Shown here: piece after piece, positions 1 to 12,823 of the stretch
Layout of the letters: each line of letters begins with the position of its first letter
How positions within the stretch are numbered: the first letter of the stretch is position 1
Assembly: GCF_036971445.1 (NCBI RefSeq)
Contig: NC_091480.1
Span: 15,686,001 to 15,750,000 of the forward strand
From: Narcine bancroftii
Taxonomy: Eukaryota
Direction of reading: 5' to 3'
DNA: 64,000 nucleotides
Program-made: the position numbers and the translations under genes
The notes under the pieces: generated by a model
Databases searched by the model: none
What the model was told of the DNA's origin: nothing
The model's input: only the letters and a program-made list of their open reading frames with translations

Positions 1-135
1 CAAGCTGTTCCCAATTGTCCCAAGCAAGAAGATTAAGGAGAAGACGATGGGTACTATAATGCTGGCTGGATTCAGTGGGTAGTTTTCAGAGGTATTCCAG
101 TGCCCAGCCATGATGCTGTCATCGTCATCAGTCAT
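1..135 (-). CDS. galr2b: Galanin receptor type 2b-like GPCR, first 45 codons (continues beyond the left edge)
   Basis: The reverse strand from the ATG at 135 reads MTDDDDSIMAGHWNTSENYPLNPASIIVPIVFSLIFLLGTIGNSL. This has an N-glycosylation site (NTS) and a class A GPCR TM1 ending in GN, and it closely resembles the fish Galr2b N-terminus. A splice acceptor (ttctttctcttcag) lies 24 nt upstream of the ATG. Confidence 0.85.
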   Translation of the reverse strand, partial: MTDDDDSIMAGHWNTSENYPLNPASIIVPIVFSLIFLLGTIGNSL

Positions 136-590
136 TGAGGCAGGCGAAGGAACTAGGAACTGAAGAGAAAGAAGAGTTCTTGTGAGGTAATATTGAATGT
201 CTTGCTCTCACTGACGTCAGTTATGAGCTTTCATGGATATGAAGTCAGGCTGATGATATGGCGGTACAGATATTCCTACTTATCACAGTGTGTCCCAATT
301 TGGTGCAGTGATGCGCAGGGACACAGCACTGGAGTTAGACTTGATATTCTCCTGGAATTAAGAGTACAATCAACTAAGTCACATATAATTCATATGATAT
401 AAATACAGGATGGTTCGAGAAGTGAAAAATGAAGTTGTATCCGGGTGCAAATTTAGTTGGATTATGAGAGAGACATAAAGAAAAAAGAACAAATATAAAG
501 TTTGATATTCTAAAATATTTTTTCCAAAAATTCAAAGCCTGAAGGAACAAGATGAAGAGATATTTTTCAGTGCCAGAGAAAGTCTGGTTA

Positions 591-780
591 ACCTCACTGA
601 CAAAAGGCAAAGGAGGAAAAACCCAAGACCCAACCCCAACCAACCAATTTTCCCCTGCAACCGCTGCAACCGTGTCTGCCTGTCCCGCATCGGACTTGTC
701 AGCCACAAACGAGCCTGCAGCTGACGTGGACATTTACCCCCTCCATAAATCTTCGCCCGCGAAGCCAAGCCAAAGAAAGA
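591..780 (+). mobile_element. RTE/BovB-like LINE, 3' terminal fragment
   Basis: Matches the 3' end of the longer copy at 17843-18309: C-terminal CNRCNRVCLSRIGLVSHKRAC, a CTTCG-N4-CGAAG stem-loop and a GAAA-type tail. Confidence 0.85.
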
Positions 781-1231
781 ATAAATCATCATGGAGACGG
801 GTGAGGTCTGGGCCTGATGTCCCACTCGCCTCTCCTTTCTTAGTGTGGTGATCGCCATGTGGCTACTTTCTGGCTTGCCAGGCAGGAGGTCACTGCAAAT
901 GGCCTCTCCTACATTACTGAGGCCATAGTGTGACAGTAGATAGATATGTTTTTGGGAGCTAAGTTGGGAAAGTGTTTTCTAACAAACCTTTTAGCTCCCA
1001 AAAACATATCTATCTACTGTCACAATAGTAACACCTCCTTGTCAGTATTCCCTGTTTTCACTGAGTTTGCTACATCATGGTGCGACCATGTGTCTGGCAA
1101 TATAACTGGATGGATGGGTAGGCTGGGCTCAATATCCAGCTGAAGAGAGGGAAAGCTCTCATTTCAAACCCAGGCAGGTGGGGTTCATTAGCCTCATTAT
1201 TTCATCCATATAGGGGAAGGACACTCTAACC

Positions 1232-1670
1232 CAATGTTTCTCAACCATGGTTTCCCAGAACCCTAGGGTTCTGCAAGAAACAGTGATAGATAGGCTAATG
1301 TATTTTTAAGTAATTTTTGGTTAATTTTATATTCATAATTTTACTATACACGGATGGCATATTGTTGGAAAATCCTTTGTTATTATAATAAAGGCTTCAG
1401 CCTCATTTTATGTAAAATGAAAACTTCAATGTGAGGTCTCATAAACAAGCAGTAGGATTTTGTTTGCATTTCCAATATATTTGACAAAAAAGGGTCACAT
1501 TTTCATTAAACAAGTTATCTGAAAAAAATATAATGTTTACCATGTGAACTAAAATAGAAATATAAAAGAGATAGATATTAATGGTATATAATAATTTTTA
1601 TGCAGGGGTTCCCTGAGACATGAAAACTATTTCAAGGGTTCCACAAGGGTAAAAAGGTTGAGAAACGCTG
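1232..1670. mobile_element. Non-autonomous hAT (Charlie-like) DNA transposon
   Basis: TIRs CAATGTTTCTCAACC and GGTTGAGAAACGCTG, with a perfect 8-bp TSD CTCTAACC at 1224-1231 and 1671-1678. Confidence 0.85.
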
Positions 1671-1996
1671 CTCTAACCTAACATCTATTACCCGAGGACC
1701 TGGCTGTCTCCGTCCCAGCATGCTAGGCAGTGGCAGATAAACCCCGGGTGAAAAAAGTGGGGCCAGTATTGCACACACAGCACGCCACCTAAAAAATCCA
1801 TTGTACAGGCCCATGTCTATGATCCTTCCTGGATCTTCGTTCATGAAACCAAGCCATGAATGTCATCATTAATGAAGTGAGTTTAATGAAAAAAAAGTAC
1901 ATTTTTAAAAATAATGAACAAGCTAAAGGCTAATGCCATTTTATTTGATTTAACAGCTCATATCAATTTCTGATACTGTATTCTGTACCTCTTAAT

Positions 1997-2130
1997 NNNN
2001 NNNNNNNNNNNNNNNNNNNNNNNNNNNNNNNNNNNNNNNNNNNNNNNNNNNNNNNNNNNNNNNNNNNNNNNNNNNNNNNNNNNNNNNNNNNNNNNNNNNN
2101 NNNNNNNNNNNNNNNNNNNNNNNNNNNNNN
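1997..2130. other. Assembly gap (134 N)
   Basis: Run of n characters. Confidence 1.
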
Positions 2131-3582
2131 ATAGGTTTTAAACTGGACATAATAGCTGAATGCCCAAGGAAAAGTGAGACCAACCATTCTCAACCTAGTA
2201 TTATAGAATAACATGGTCCAATTCTTTATTAAAGTTGAAAAATAAATTGCATACCCAGTCTTGTCAATTATTTTCCTTAATTATTTATCCAGTTCTCCTC
2301 TGGTTCCAACAGCCATCCAATCAGCATATGACTAAGAATCTCTAACTGGTTGCCAAGAGGAATCCAAATTTCTAGAGGCCCAAAGTCAATAACTGTGTCC
2401 CTGCCTGCATCACCCTCATTCCAAATTATAATTGTAACATTTATTTGTAAGGTATCAGGTAATTAAGTTTTGGAATGCATTGCAAGAGATGGAGGTTACT
2501 GTGGCTTCTAAAAAGTTTTGCAAAAAAGTTCAAAATATTTGAAAGGAAATAATTAGCTATTTTTTAGGAGAGGGCAAGGAAAGGGGATTAAGTAAATTGC
2601 CTTTACCTGGACCCACTATATTCTCCACTTCCTGTGTTGTTACCACTCTGGATAAGTGACTGTGACTGTAGCAAAAACACACAGAAATGCTAAAGGAACT
2701 TGCTTATTTCTTAGTTGCTTATTCCATGAAGAAAACACCCTAAATGTCGGTAATCTATCTTTACCTCCTGGTAATCTATCTTTACCGGCTGAGTTCCTCC
2801 AGCATTTCTATGTGTGTGTTTTTGTTTCTATTCTGTAACTCTGTACTGAGGGTTCTGGTTATAAAAGCAAACGGCGCACACGCCTTAATGATATTATTAC
2901 CCTGTACAGGGAATAATGTCTTTGGCAAATCAAGGTGAATGACAAGTTGATACATAGCATTATGTTCTGAATGCATAGCACCATTTATGAATCTCTGGAA
3001 GCTGTAGGAATCCTTCGATTCTGTTATTTGGTTAGTGATGTGTTTTGGTGGGGACCGCAGCAAGACAAGGCTTCATAAGGAAAAAAAAGTCTTTTTCGGT
3101 CATAGACATTAATTTTGTCAATACTCGTCTTCAACTCAAAGTACAGTCACGTGATCTTTCCCTCTCCGGCATCTCACTCGAACGGATGCCCATTTAAATA
3201 ACACTCACGAGAATAGAGAATAGTGGCCAGAGGAATGTGGTGCAAGCAAACCATTGAGTACTTGTCCATTACTGTTTCCAAAACTAACTCGTGCTTTACT
3301 TCTCAGAGCATTTGTCTTCCAACTAACTCATCTCTTCAGTTGAGGCTTTTTCTGGAAACGGCTCAGAAGGCCACCTTCTACATGTGCGCATACACCCAGA
3401 TAAGCGCCTTTCTGCCCATGGACACATTTACACACACACCACACACACACGTGCCTGTGGTCGCCATCCTTATTGTTAGCGGATGGGATGCAGATCTTCT
3501 GTTACAAAGCATCCTTTTTGTTCTGTGTTGATTAAAATCTCCTTATTTTGAAAAGAGCCACTGTTTCCTGAACATTGGCCTA

Positions 3583-4657
3583 GTTAAACTGTAATGTTAT
3601 CTTATTGTCAGAATTTGCAAAGAGTTGAGCGTGGGGGAGGCTTGCATACATTTACCATTGGATGGTTTCAGGACACCCAACAGGCCATGACAATCACTTA
3701 ATTACTTTTGGACTGAAGTGAGCGGCAATAACGGTATTGTCCAGTGTTCTATGTGAACACTGGTTGTGAAGCGTCGTGAGGCTTTTTGTTAAGCTGTTAT
3801 GCTATATAATTTTAAATTGGACGTGGAAATTTTGCAGTACTGATTCCAGGATTATTTAAACTTTGCTACTCCCCTTCCCACCCCACCCGACCTGACCTAT
3901 TTAACCTGGTTGGGGTGGGGGGGGGGGGGGGAAGAGAAGTTGTGATTGTGTCAAGGTTTTCAAATTCCATTACTTATTGATGAGAGAACTATGGAAATAC
4001 GGAGTTCACCCACAATGACCAGCCGTCACAGCTTGTGAAGCATGTGATTGGACACTTGGCACCCAATAAAGTACGGCGAGCTTTGTCATGTTGACCCAAT
4101 AGTGTTCTGTGCCTGTCCTGGTCTTGAAGTGGACATAAATGGAATGTTCAAAAGTGCAGGAGAAACTCAGCAGGTCAAAAAGTGCCCCGGCATTTTTGTG
4201 CATTTAACTACAAGCCCGGTGTCTGCAAACTTTCCTGTTTAATTTCAGACATTCGTGGTCCTGCAAGGCGTAAAACACGGAATTCTGTGGGCACCGTGGT
4301 TGAAGTCAAAACACAATGCTGGAGAAACTCGGCAGGTCAACCCGTGTCCTTTATGTTGCAAAGCCCGAAACGTCAGTTATATAGCAAAGTTTAAATAATC
4401 CTGGAATCAGTACTGCAAAATTTCCACGTCCAATTTAAAATTATATAGCATAACAGCTTAACAAAAAGCCTCACAACCAGTGTTCACATAGAACACTGGA
4501 CAATACCGTTATTGCCGCTCACTTCAGTCCAAAAGTAATTAAGTGATTGTTATGACCTGTTGGGTGTCCTGAAACCATCCAATGGTAAATGTATGCAAGC
4601 CTCCCCCACGCTCAACTCTTTGCAAATTCCGACAATAAGATAACATTACAGTTTAAC
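3583..4657. repeat. Local inverted duplication (3583-3868 vs 4382-4657)
   Basis: 4382-4657 is the near-identical reverse complement of 3583-3868, with a few substitutions and one 10-bp indel. Confidence 0.95.
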
Positions 4658-4715
4658 ATAAAGGACACGGGTTGACCTGCCGAGTCTGTGTGTTTTGACT
4701 TCGTGTTCTGCAAGA
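4270..4715. mobile_element. Penelope-derived inverted-repeat element interrupted by the inverted duplication
   Basis: The arms gaagtcaaaacacaatgctggagaaactcggcaggtcaacccgtgtcctttat and ataaaggacacgggttgacctgccgagt...gtgttttgacttc are complementary. The same family occurs at 12824-12960, 16448-16590, 21790-21956 and 24120-24305. Confidence 0.7.
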
Positions 4716-5099
4716 TGCATCACGTCCGATCACTTTCTCGGGCCTGATCCCTCTGCATCCACAAATAGGAAATGGAAACTTCAGGCTATCCCAACTCTGG
4801 ACGGGGTTCTTACCGTTCTCCTCAGTCTCCACTCAAAGAAGCACAAAGTAAACGTTGTACCACTACCGCTTTTAAACCAGTGGCCAAATCAGTGCAAACT
4901 TGTGTTCATTCATTCCTCCCAAGTAATACCTGAATGCCTTCTCCTTGAGCAGATCTGCTGTCGGTCTCAATGTCCCAGTCCTCGAAGCCGAGAGAAGCTG
5001 GAGGGATTGAGCATCCATGGAGAGAAATTGTCAGGCAATGTTTCAGGTCAGGACCCTTCATCGCAACCTTTTTTCATTTAAGATACCAGCATCTGCTCA

Positions 5100-7400
5100 T
5101 GTCTCTGGTGGACTGACTCTCTCATTATCAGTTGGGTCGTGATGTATGTTTTACTGAGCGAGTTCTTTGCTTGATTGCCAAGTCGTCAGACGTAGTAAGA
5201 GTGCTCTACCTTTCCTCAGAATCTAACACCCCTTCCCCTTTGGACACAAGTGGGAATTTTTAGAAAGTAAAACTGGAGCTGCATCAGGATGTAACTCGCC
5301 ACTATATATGTGAGTTGAAACATCGTAGAATGTAACTTGTGCACGAGATCTATGGGCATATTTAGATATTCATTACGTAGATACATCGATCGATACATGG
5401 ATGTGAGTTACATCTATTGATATAGGGACATATGTCGTATTCACGTAGATGGAAATATATCAATGTAGCTATGGTATATTTATTGTATGTATATTCTTGT
5501 TAACCCGCAGATTATGTAAAAATGTATATAAGTAACTTTGCCTCTACCAATAGCGTTGATATATTGTACACCTCCATTCATTGTCTCCCTTCACGCATTC
5601 TCTGAAAACAAATTCACGAATTCATTTTTACTGCTGTACCTTTAAAACGAATTATTTGCGTTGACGCAAAGTAATAAATTTGAAATATTGTGCTCACTTA
5701 ACGACACTATAAGAATTTATCTGTAAGGACGAGTCTGTGATCACACTTATTTTATACATTTAAACTTTCAATAATGTATGGCCTGTACAATATGTTCAAT
5801 AGCAAAAACATCTCAGCACACAAATCTTGTTTGATGCTTTAAGATCAATTTAGATTGCCTTGACCCATCACGGGATAGTAACCATTTTCACGATACTCTG
5901 GTCACTGTGACCTTTGGACGTGAATCTTTCATTATATCTGAATGCAGAGTTGAAAATGCTGCCTTGGTTGGGGGGGGGGGGGGGGTGGGGGGATGTTTCT
6001 CCCTTTCATTCAAGATCTGGTACTATCTCCCGAAGTGGTGTGTGTGTGTGTTGTGTTGTTGGGGGTGGGGGATACCGATCGTAGCCCGCCTGTCGCTTAA
6101 GTGAGACGATCTGGGCTACAGGCGCAGGATCTGCGCATACCCGCTTTCTCAAATAAACACCCCGTACACATTATCACAGTCAAACACGCTTACGCACCTA
6201 TACATCCATTCACACAGATTGCCTCATATTATCACATCGCACACGATGGAATAAACAAACTCATACCTGCTCCCACAGACAGATCCAGCCCAAGTTACGC
6301 CTAGTTTTGTCTCGCCACCGCCTCCCTCCGATACTCACTCATCTCCAACCCAAATCTCTTCACGCTTTCAACTTCATATCCCACCCCATTAACGAACTAC
6401 GAGAGAGAAGCGGTGGCACTCCTGTAAAAACATCCAGACGCAGAAAGATTAAGTATGATATCTTTTTCAGTTCATTCCCACTTCATTTCCCCATCCTCTC
6501 TCTTGGGGTCTGCACATTTGACAGGTTGGTATTATCTCCTTCTCCCCCTTTCAATCCCCTTTATCGTTTACCTGAAACCTGTTGATTTGATTTCGACCTC
6601 AAACCATCACCCTTGACGCTTTTCCTCCTCGATGGAGACTGTACAAACACCCAGATCCGCTGGGCTCACCGAATGAGTTAGCCGCCTCTGTGTGGAGGCT
6701 CTCTCCCAATCTTCCAAAGCGACCTGGATCGCAATGAGAGCTCCAAACCCCTCGGCCACACCGAGCCTAGTCCGGCCAGCACCAAGGCAGCAGGTCCACG
6801 TGAAGGCGCCCGGTCTCTCCGGCAGGGCGAACTTGAATGCAGATTTCGAAGCTGTGTCATCACTCAACTTTTCGCCTTGAACCGTTGCTTTCAACTGGGA
6901 GAAGGGATGGGAGGAGCGGAGTAGTAGACACGTTATTCGGCTTCGACGTCCTTCTCAAATCATGGCCAAGGACCTTGCTCCTATTTCATTCTCGCACATT
7001 TCATGGTTACCAACTCCCTCCAGACAGACACGCTCCGAACCCAGTGCTCGCAGTCATCCCAGACTCAGCTCACACACAAGGGAAAAGATTTAACACGAGG
7101 GGCAACTTTTCCACACAGGGTTGTGGCTCTATGGAACCAGCTGGCAGAAGGACGAGAGGCGTCTAAACGCGGCGTTTAAGGGGACTTGGATAAGGTTTAA
7201 CGAATATGAGTCAAACGCGGGCACTGACTCAGTGAGACAACTGGGTCGGCATGGGAGTTGGGCCGAAGGGCTCTTTTCTCTGCTCAGATTCAGTACTCAG
7301 ACCTTCCTTCGTTACACACACCTCCGTTCTCGCACCCACAATACGTTGATGAAGGGCTCAAGCCCGATTCGCTCATTTTGCATCTTTGCTACATAAAATG
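5100..7400. promoter_or_regulatory. CpG-retaining (probably unmethylated) island, candidate promoter or 5' region of the galanin receptor gene
   Basis: CpG dinucleotides are visibly more frequent than in the flanks, even in AT-rich parts. Several minus-strand acceptor/donor pairs point toward the GPCR. Confidence 0.45.
6339..6421 (-). other. Candidate non-coding (5'UTR) exon
   Basis: Minus strand has an acceptor ...ggatgtttttacag|GAGTGCC and a donor GATGA|gtgagt. Confidence 0.35.
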
Positions 7401-8769
7401 CACTGTCTGACTTGCTGAGTCTCTCCCCATTGTGTTTTAAGTGGCAATTCTGCCTAGCCCGTAGGAAAAAGAATCTCAAGGTTGTATGTGATGTCATGCA
7501 GGTACTCTGTAAGTAAATCTGAAATCTGACTCCTGGGAATCTTAGAGCAGTATTCAGGATGGTATTTTGAACCTTAAGTCCATGCATTGTGAGGTGGTGC
7601 ACCTTACAAACACCTCTTGTCCTGTTTGCCACCTCCTGACCTATCTTTGGCTAACGTTCCCACATTGATCTCCTTAGTCAACCCAGATCTCACCAAACCA
7701 GAGTGCACATCATCCTCACTCATGAGAGACTACCTGTGAAGAAGACAAAGATGCCATTTGTGGTTCAGCCATCTCTTGGAACTAAAAGAAACCAAATGAA
7801 ATTCAAACCTGAGAGGAGGTAAATTAAACAGTAAATTATAGCATTTTTGAAACTTATTGTTATTAAGATGCTGGAATTTATTGTCCATTCCTAATTACTC
7901 CTGAACTGAAAAGGCACTTAAGAGGCAACTACATTGTTAGGGTTGGCCGGAGTAGATGCCAGATATCCTCCTCTTAAAGGCATTAGTGAACCAATTGACT
8001 TTTTAAAAAAAATTACACTCCTGTAATTTCATGGCAACAAAGAAAATTAAAAAATGGAGATATTCAGCAAGTGCTCACATTAACCATCCAAGATTCTAAT
8101 ATTCAATAAACAAGTTATTTATTTATATTTATTTATGTATATTTGTCCTGCGTATGCATTGTTTGTCTGCATGTGTGTTATTTCTGCTTGTGTGTCTGCG
8201 GGCTTTGCACTGAAGACTGGAGAACGCTGTTTCGTCGGGGTGTACTTGTGCAAGCGAATGAAAATAAACTTGAATGAGGTGATGCAGAATCCATGGGAAC
8301 AATAGTGTTGATACTTCACATTGATGATCTTCTATCTGTGGGCTGTTACTGATATGTTTTAAAATTCATTTTTATTAATTGAATTTATATTCCCAGCTAC
8401 TATGGTCAGATTCAAAATCACTTGGCTGTTTTATTGGCTCAGTACTCTGCCAGCTAGCTCAGTAACACAGTCAACACTTCCTTCCCCATATCCAATATAC
8501 TGAGAAAGCAATAAATGTCTTTTAGGCAGTAAAAGCTAGGAATTGTAAAACAATAAACCAATGGCCTCCTTCTTACCAATCATTTCTATTATCCATTTAT
8601 GTCCCAAGGCATTGAAGTAAATGTGTCAGAATTCACTGACTAACTTATTAAATCAGTGCATTGACCAAAATGGCTGTAACAAAAAACACCTCGATCTACC
8701 CACAGGTGAATTAGTGGTATATCTATTATTCATTATTTGCTATTTAAATTGTAAATTTATATTTTAAAT

Positions 8770-8980
8770 CAAATTTAAATTTAGACATTCAGCACAGTAA
8801 CAGGCCCTTTTTTGGCCCACAAGCCGAAATTACATCCAATTAACCTACAACCCCTGTACATTTTGAATGGTGGGAGGAAACTGGAACACCAGAGGAAACC
8901 CACATAGACACAGGGAGAGAGTATGAACTCCTTACAGAAGTGCTGGATTCGAATCCCAGTCCCGATTGTTGACCGCTACA
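8770..8980 (-). mobile_element. SINE (tRNA-derived head, shark/ray type)
   Basis: Homologous to copies at 39275-39500, 39510-39735 and 53075-53305 (ggaggaaac...cacagacacggggaga...aaactccttacaga). Confidence 0.7.
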
Positions 8981-9289
8981 CAATGAAGCATAGATAAATG
9001 TGCAAAGAGGATAACCTAAACCTTATTGCAAATTGACAAAATTAACTTTCCTTCAGATGACCATAATATTTTCCATTACTTTATTCTTCATATAGATGGG
9101 GTTAATCAAATTGAAAATTAATAGACTGCATTCAGCATGGCTTACCAGAATGTTACGGAGCAAGCCAGGGAACAAGTTATTTTGGATGTGATAATGGATG
9201 ATTTCCATATTTCCTGATGTTATAGAGTAATTGTATGACCCCATTACTTTTCCACATAATCTATTCTCTCCACATTCCCACCAATTCAC

Positions 9290-9700
9290 AAGATTCACAA
9301 GACAAAGGGACAGAAGCAGGCCACTAGGCCCATCGAGTCTGTTCCGTAAATCTACACTAAGCTACTCTACATTAGTTCCAAGTTCCAGCCTTTTCCCCAT
9401 ATCCTTTAATACCCTCACTAATGAAATACTTGTCTATTTCTTGTTTAAATACTCCCAGTGATCTGGCTTCCACTGCTCTAGTAGCAGTGAGTTCCACAGA
9501 TCCACGACCCTCTGGCTAAAGAAGTTCTTCCTAATCTTTGTTTTAAATGGATAACTTCTAATTTTCAGACTATCAACCCTTGTCCTCGATTCACCCACCA
9601 AGGGAAACATCTTACCTGAATCCTCCTTATCTCAACCTTTCAAAATATGAAATGTCTCTATGAGATCTACTCTCATTCTCCTATACTCCAATGAATACAT
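9290..9700 (-). mobile_element. CR1-type LINE 3' fragment
   Basis: Reverse complement resembles the CR1 ORF2 end (RTRG...FF(S/T)QRVV..WN.L), also seen at 53700-54268 and 62080-62843. Confidence 0.65.
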
Positions 9701-9934
9701 AGGTTTACACTAGGGACAATTTACATGGCCATTTAACCTATCAGTTCCAATATGTAATCTCAGAGTGAACGATTCCCTAAGAAGTAGTGATTACATCATG
9801 AGAGGATTTAGCATTCAGTTGGGGAATTAAAATCTTGGGTCTGAAACAACAATGTTAAACATAATTAGCAGATCATAAACAAGCTGAAAAAATTGGATCA
9901 TCTGTCAGCACAGTGCTATATATATATATATATA

Positions 9935-10125
9935 TATACGCTTATCTTTGTGAGGTTTTTCAGTTGGTTGTTTTTCCAGACTCTTTTGTGTAGTCTTCCA
10001 AAGGCGCTATTTGCCTTGGCGAGTCTGTTGTCTATCTCATTGTCGATCCTTGCATCTGATGAAATGGTGCAGCCGAGATAGGTAAACTGGTTGACCGTTT
10101 TGAGTTTTGTGTGCCCGATGGAGAT
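9935..10125 (-). mobile_element. RTE LINE internal RT fragment next to a (TA)n tract
   Basis: Translation VNQFTYLGCTISSDARIDNEIDNRLAKANSAFGRLHKRVW is a typical RTE RT C-terminal/thumb region. Confidence 0.85.
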
Positions 10126-10581
10126 ATATAATGTCCATGATATAGAGGAAGGAAGCAAATATACTGCAGCCAAATTTGCAGATGATACAAAAGCAGTTGG
10201 GATAGCAGTTAAGAAGATACCAATGGTTTACAGAGAGATATTGTTTGGTAAATGGTTGGGAAGAAATTGTTCAGGAGGAAGAATGATGAAACAAAGTATT
10301 ATTTAAATGAAAAGATACTCCAGAAAGATTCAACACAAAGGGAGGATCTCGTCTATGAAATGCAGAATGTTAGTGTAAGGTTATCAGAATGACAAGTTTT
10401 TACTTCAAGGGATTTGTGACGTAAGTATTACAGGAACTGTGCAGGTATGTCTGAAGTAGGTGAAGAAAATTGGATCAGCTATGATCTTAATGAATGGCAG
10501 AAGAGGCTTGAGGGCCTGAATGTCTTTCTGTCTGTTCCTTTTTTTTTTGTGGTACAGTATTATGGTCTTTAATGCTGAAGT

Positions 10582-10781
10582 AGAGCCCACCTCACTGACA
10601 AAATGCAAGGGAGGAAAAACCCAACACCCAACCCCAACCAACCAATTTTCCCCTGCAGCCGCTGCAACCGTGTCTGCCTGTCCCGCATCGGACTTGTCAG
10701 CCACAAACGAGCCTGCAGCTGACGTGGACTCTTATCCCCTCCATAAATCTTTGTCCGCGAAGCCAAGCCAAAGAAAGAAGA
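10582..10781 (+). mobile_element. RTE/BovB-like LINE 3' fragment
   Basis: Near-identical to 591-780 and ends in aagaaagaag. Confidence 0.85.
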
Positions 10782-12823
10782 GAGGTTCAGAACATCAAGA
10801 CAAAATGTGTTGGCTTTTAACAGCATGGCCTTGAGCTATTATAGAATAGAATGAAATGTTATTTAGCCACTGGTGACTGTGCTGGCTCCTTGTCTGGCTT
10901 TCCAATTAACTACACTCTCCTGCCCTCTCCCTACAGCTCAAAAACAATTTTATACCTTCAGGTATTTTCAGCCCACCTCGGAAGCACTTTGTTAAACAAA
11001 TGATCAGATAATGTCAGATTTCCAATTGTTATCATTCTATCCACATAGAAACAGGTCATTCAGCCCCACTGCTCTATGGTAATATTGTGAACCGCCTCTC
11101 ATATCAAACTGTCCTTGCTTATAAATCCCTTCCCCATGTAGTCTTATATTTGTTATAAATAAATAAACTATTAGAACACAAACCTGGCACACAGTGTGAG
11201 GAGGCAAAGTCTTACCTGATTGATTGCAACATGAAGAGGGTGCAATATCAATTCAGCCATTTCATTTTTTTTGAATATTTGAAGTAATAACTTGATACTT
11301 TAGAAATTTTACAGGATTTCTCCTAATTTATTTATTTTTTAGCAGTAAGTGTCTGATTCCACTGTGTTTACCTAACACTAAATGCCGACAGCAGTAGGAA
11401 AGAGCAACATATGGTAATATATGTATCTGAAAAAAAGGTTAGCCTGAATTTTCAGTGTCCAATAATGCAAGGCAGCTCCCAGACTTGCTATTGCAACAGC
11501 AATATGTGTGCTACCAGCTGAAACCGTTATCAACCTCCAGAAAACAAATGAAATTTTCACCAAATGTTCATGTATCATTTCTGAGTTTGACATAAATTTA
11601 TTGCTTTACAGTGATAGAAAACAAAAGAAAAATGGCTGGCAGTGAAAAGAGTCAATACTGGTAATGGCTATGAATCAAGAAGCTTAAATATTGCTGGTGT
11701 TCCTAAATTAACTGATTATATAGCTGTGTTATCAAGAGTAATTCTTTGAAGCTGATTACATTCATGTGAGGAAATTAAATGTCATGAAGAATCATTGTAT
11801 CTTACTTTTAAAGACAGAAATTATTACAAATGAATGTAACTTCATTGTTCAAGAATAATGTGTAGAAAATATTGCTTAGTGATTATATAAAGGTCTGTGA
11901 GTCTACGATAAGAATGCCAAAGAGGAGGCATTTTAACCTTGATTGATACAATGCTAGGAAGGTCATCAGTTGGTTTCAAGCATAATTTCTCAGGTACACT
12001 TAAACAACCATGTATCAACATATCACAAGCTCCCAGGTTCCTCTCCTTTGCAATGGGTTAGCAGTGATGTTAGCCATATCAGAATGGCCACAGTGACTTA
12101 TGGACAGATAGATGCAGGAGGGATCCCCAAAGTGTGAATGTCATGAAATAATTTCAGATAATTCACTATATAATGGACAACTGATCTATCCACACCTACA
12201 CGGGAGGGAGCAATTGCAAGAAAGTGAGATATTGTTCTCATAAACCAGACTAAGTTTTTCAATAGCCACGCTTTGCACAATCTGGATCCAGTTAGCATTG
12301 ACTGCATTTATTGCCCATTCCAAATTTCCGTCGATAAAATTGTTGTGAGCCACCATCTTGAACTGCTGGCGTCTTTCTGATGAAAGGAGTCTCACAGTGG
12401 TGTTGGGGAGAGAGACTCCGATGATCTTCACCCAGCGAAAATTTGGTATACTTCCAAATCAGGATGGATGTGACCTGGAGGGGACCTGCAGATGGTGGTA
12501 GCCCCATGCAGCTGCTCCCTTTGTTCTTGGTTTTGGATAGCGTTGGTGGAAAAGTGATGAAGGGAATAAATTATTTATTTTAGTGATTGATGGGTGCCCA
12601 TAAATCAACATGCTTTAACCTGGATGTTGTTGAGCTTCTTGATAGTTCAAACTGATGTGTCTTTGAGCATTCTTGTTTTATTTCTTATTCTTCCCTTTTT
12701 GAATATCTGTTTCTTAATGCTGTTTAATTGTTTTTCTCAATGTAAAGAGTTTTATTTATCCATTTCCCTAGTGTCACTGGCCAAACCATTTTTTGTTCAA
12801 ACGCCTGCTGACATTTTTCCATA

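Noticed and set aside
374-858. Recurring ORFs (MSTSAAGSFVADK..., ...TPTNQFSPATAA...) as a gene family
   Set aside because: They are alternative-frame translations of RTE LINE 3' ends.
6607-6894. 95-aa minus-strand ORF as a protein-coding exon
   Set aside because: No recognisable homology and no in-frame upstream exon found. Open frames are expected in GC-rich DNA, so it is kept only as a candidate non-coding exon.
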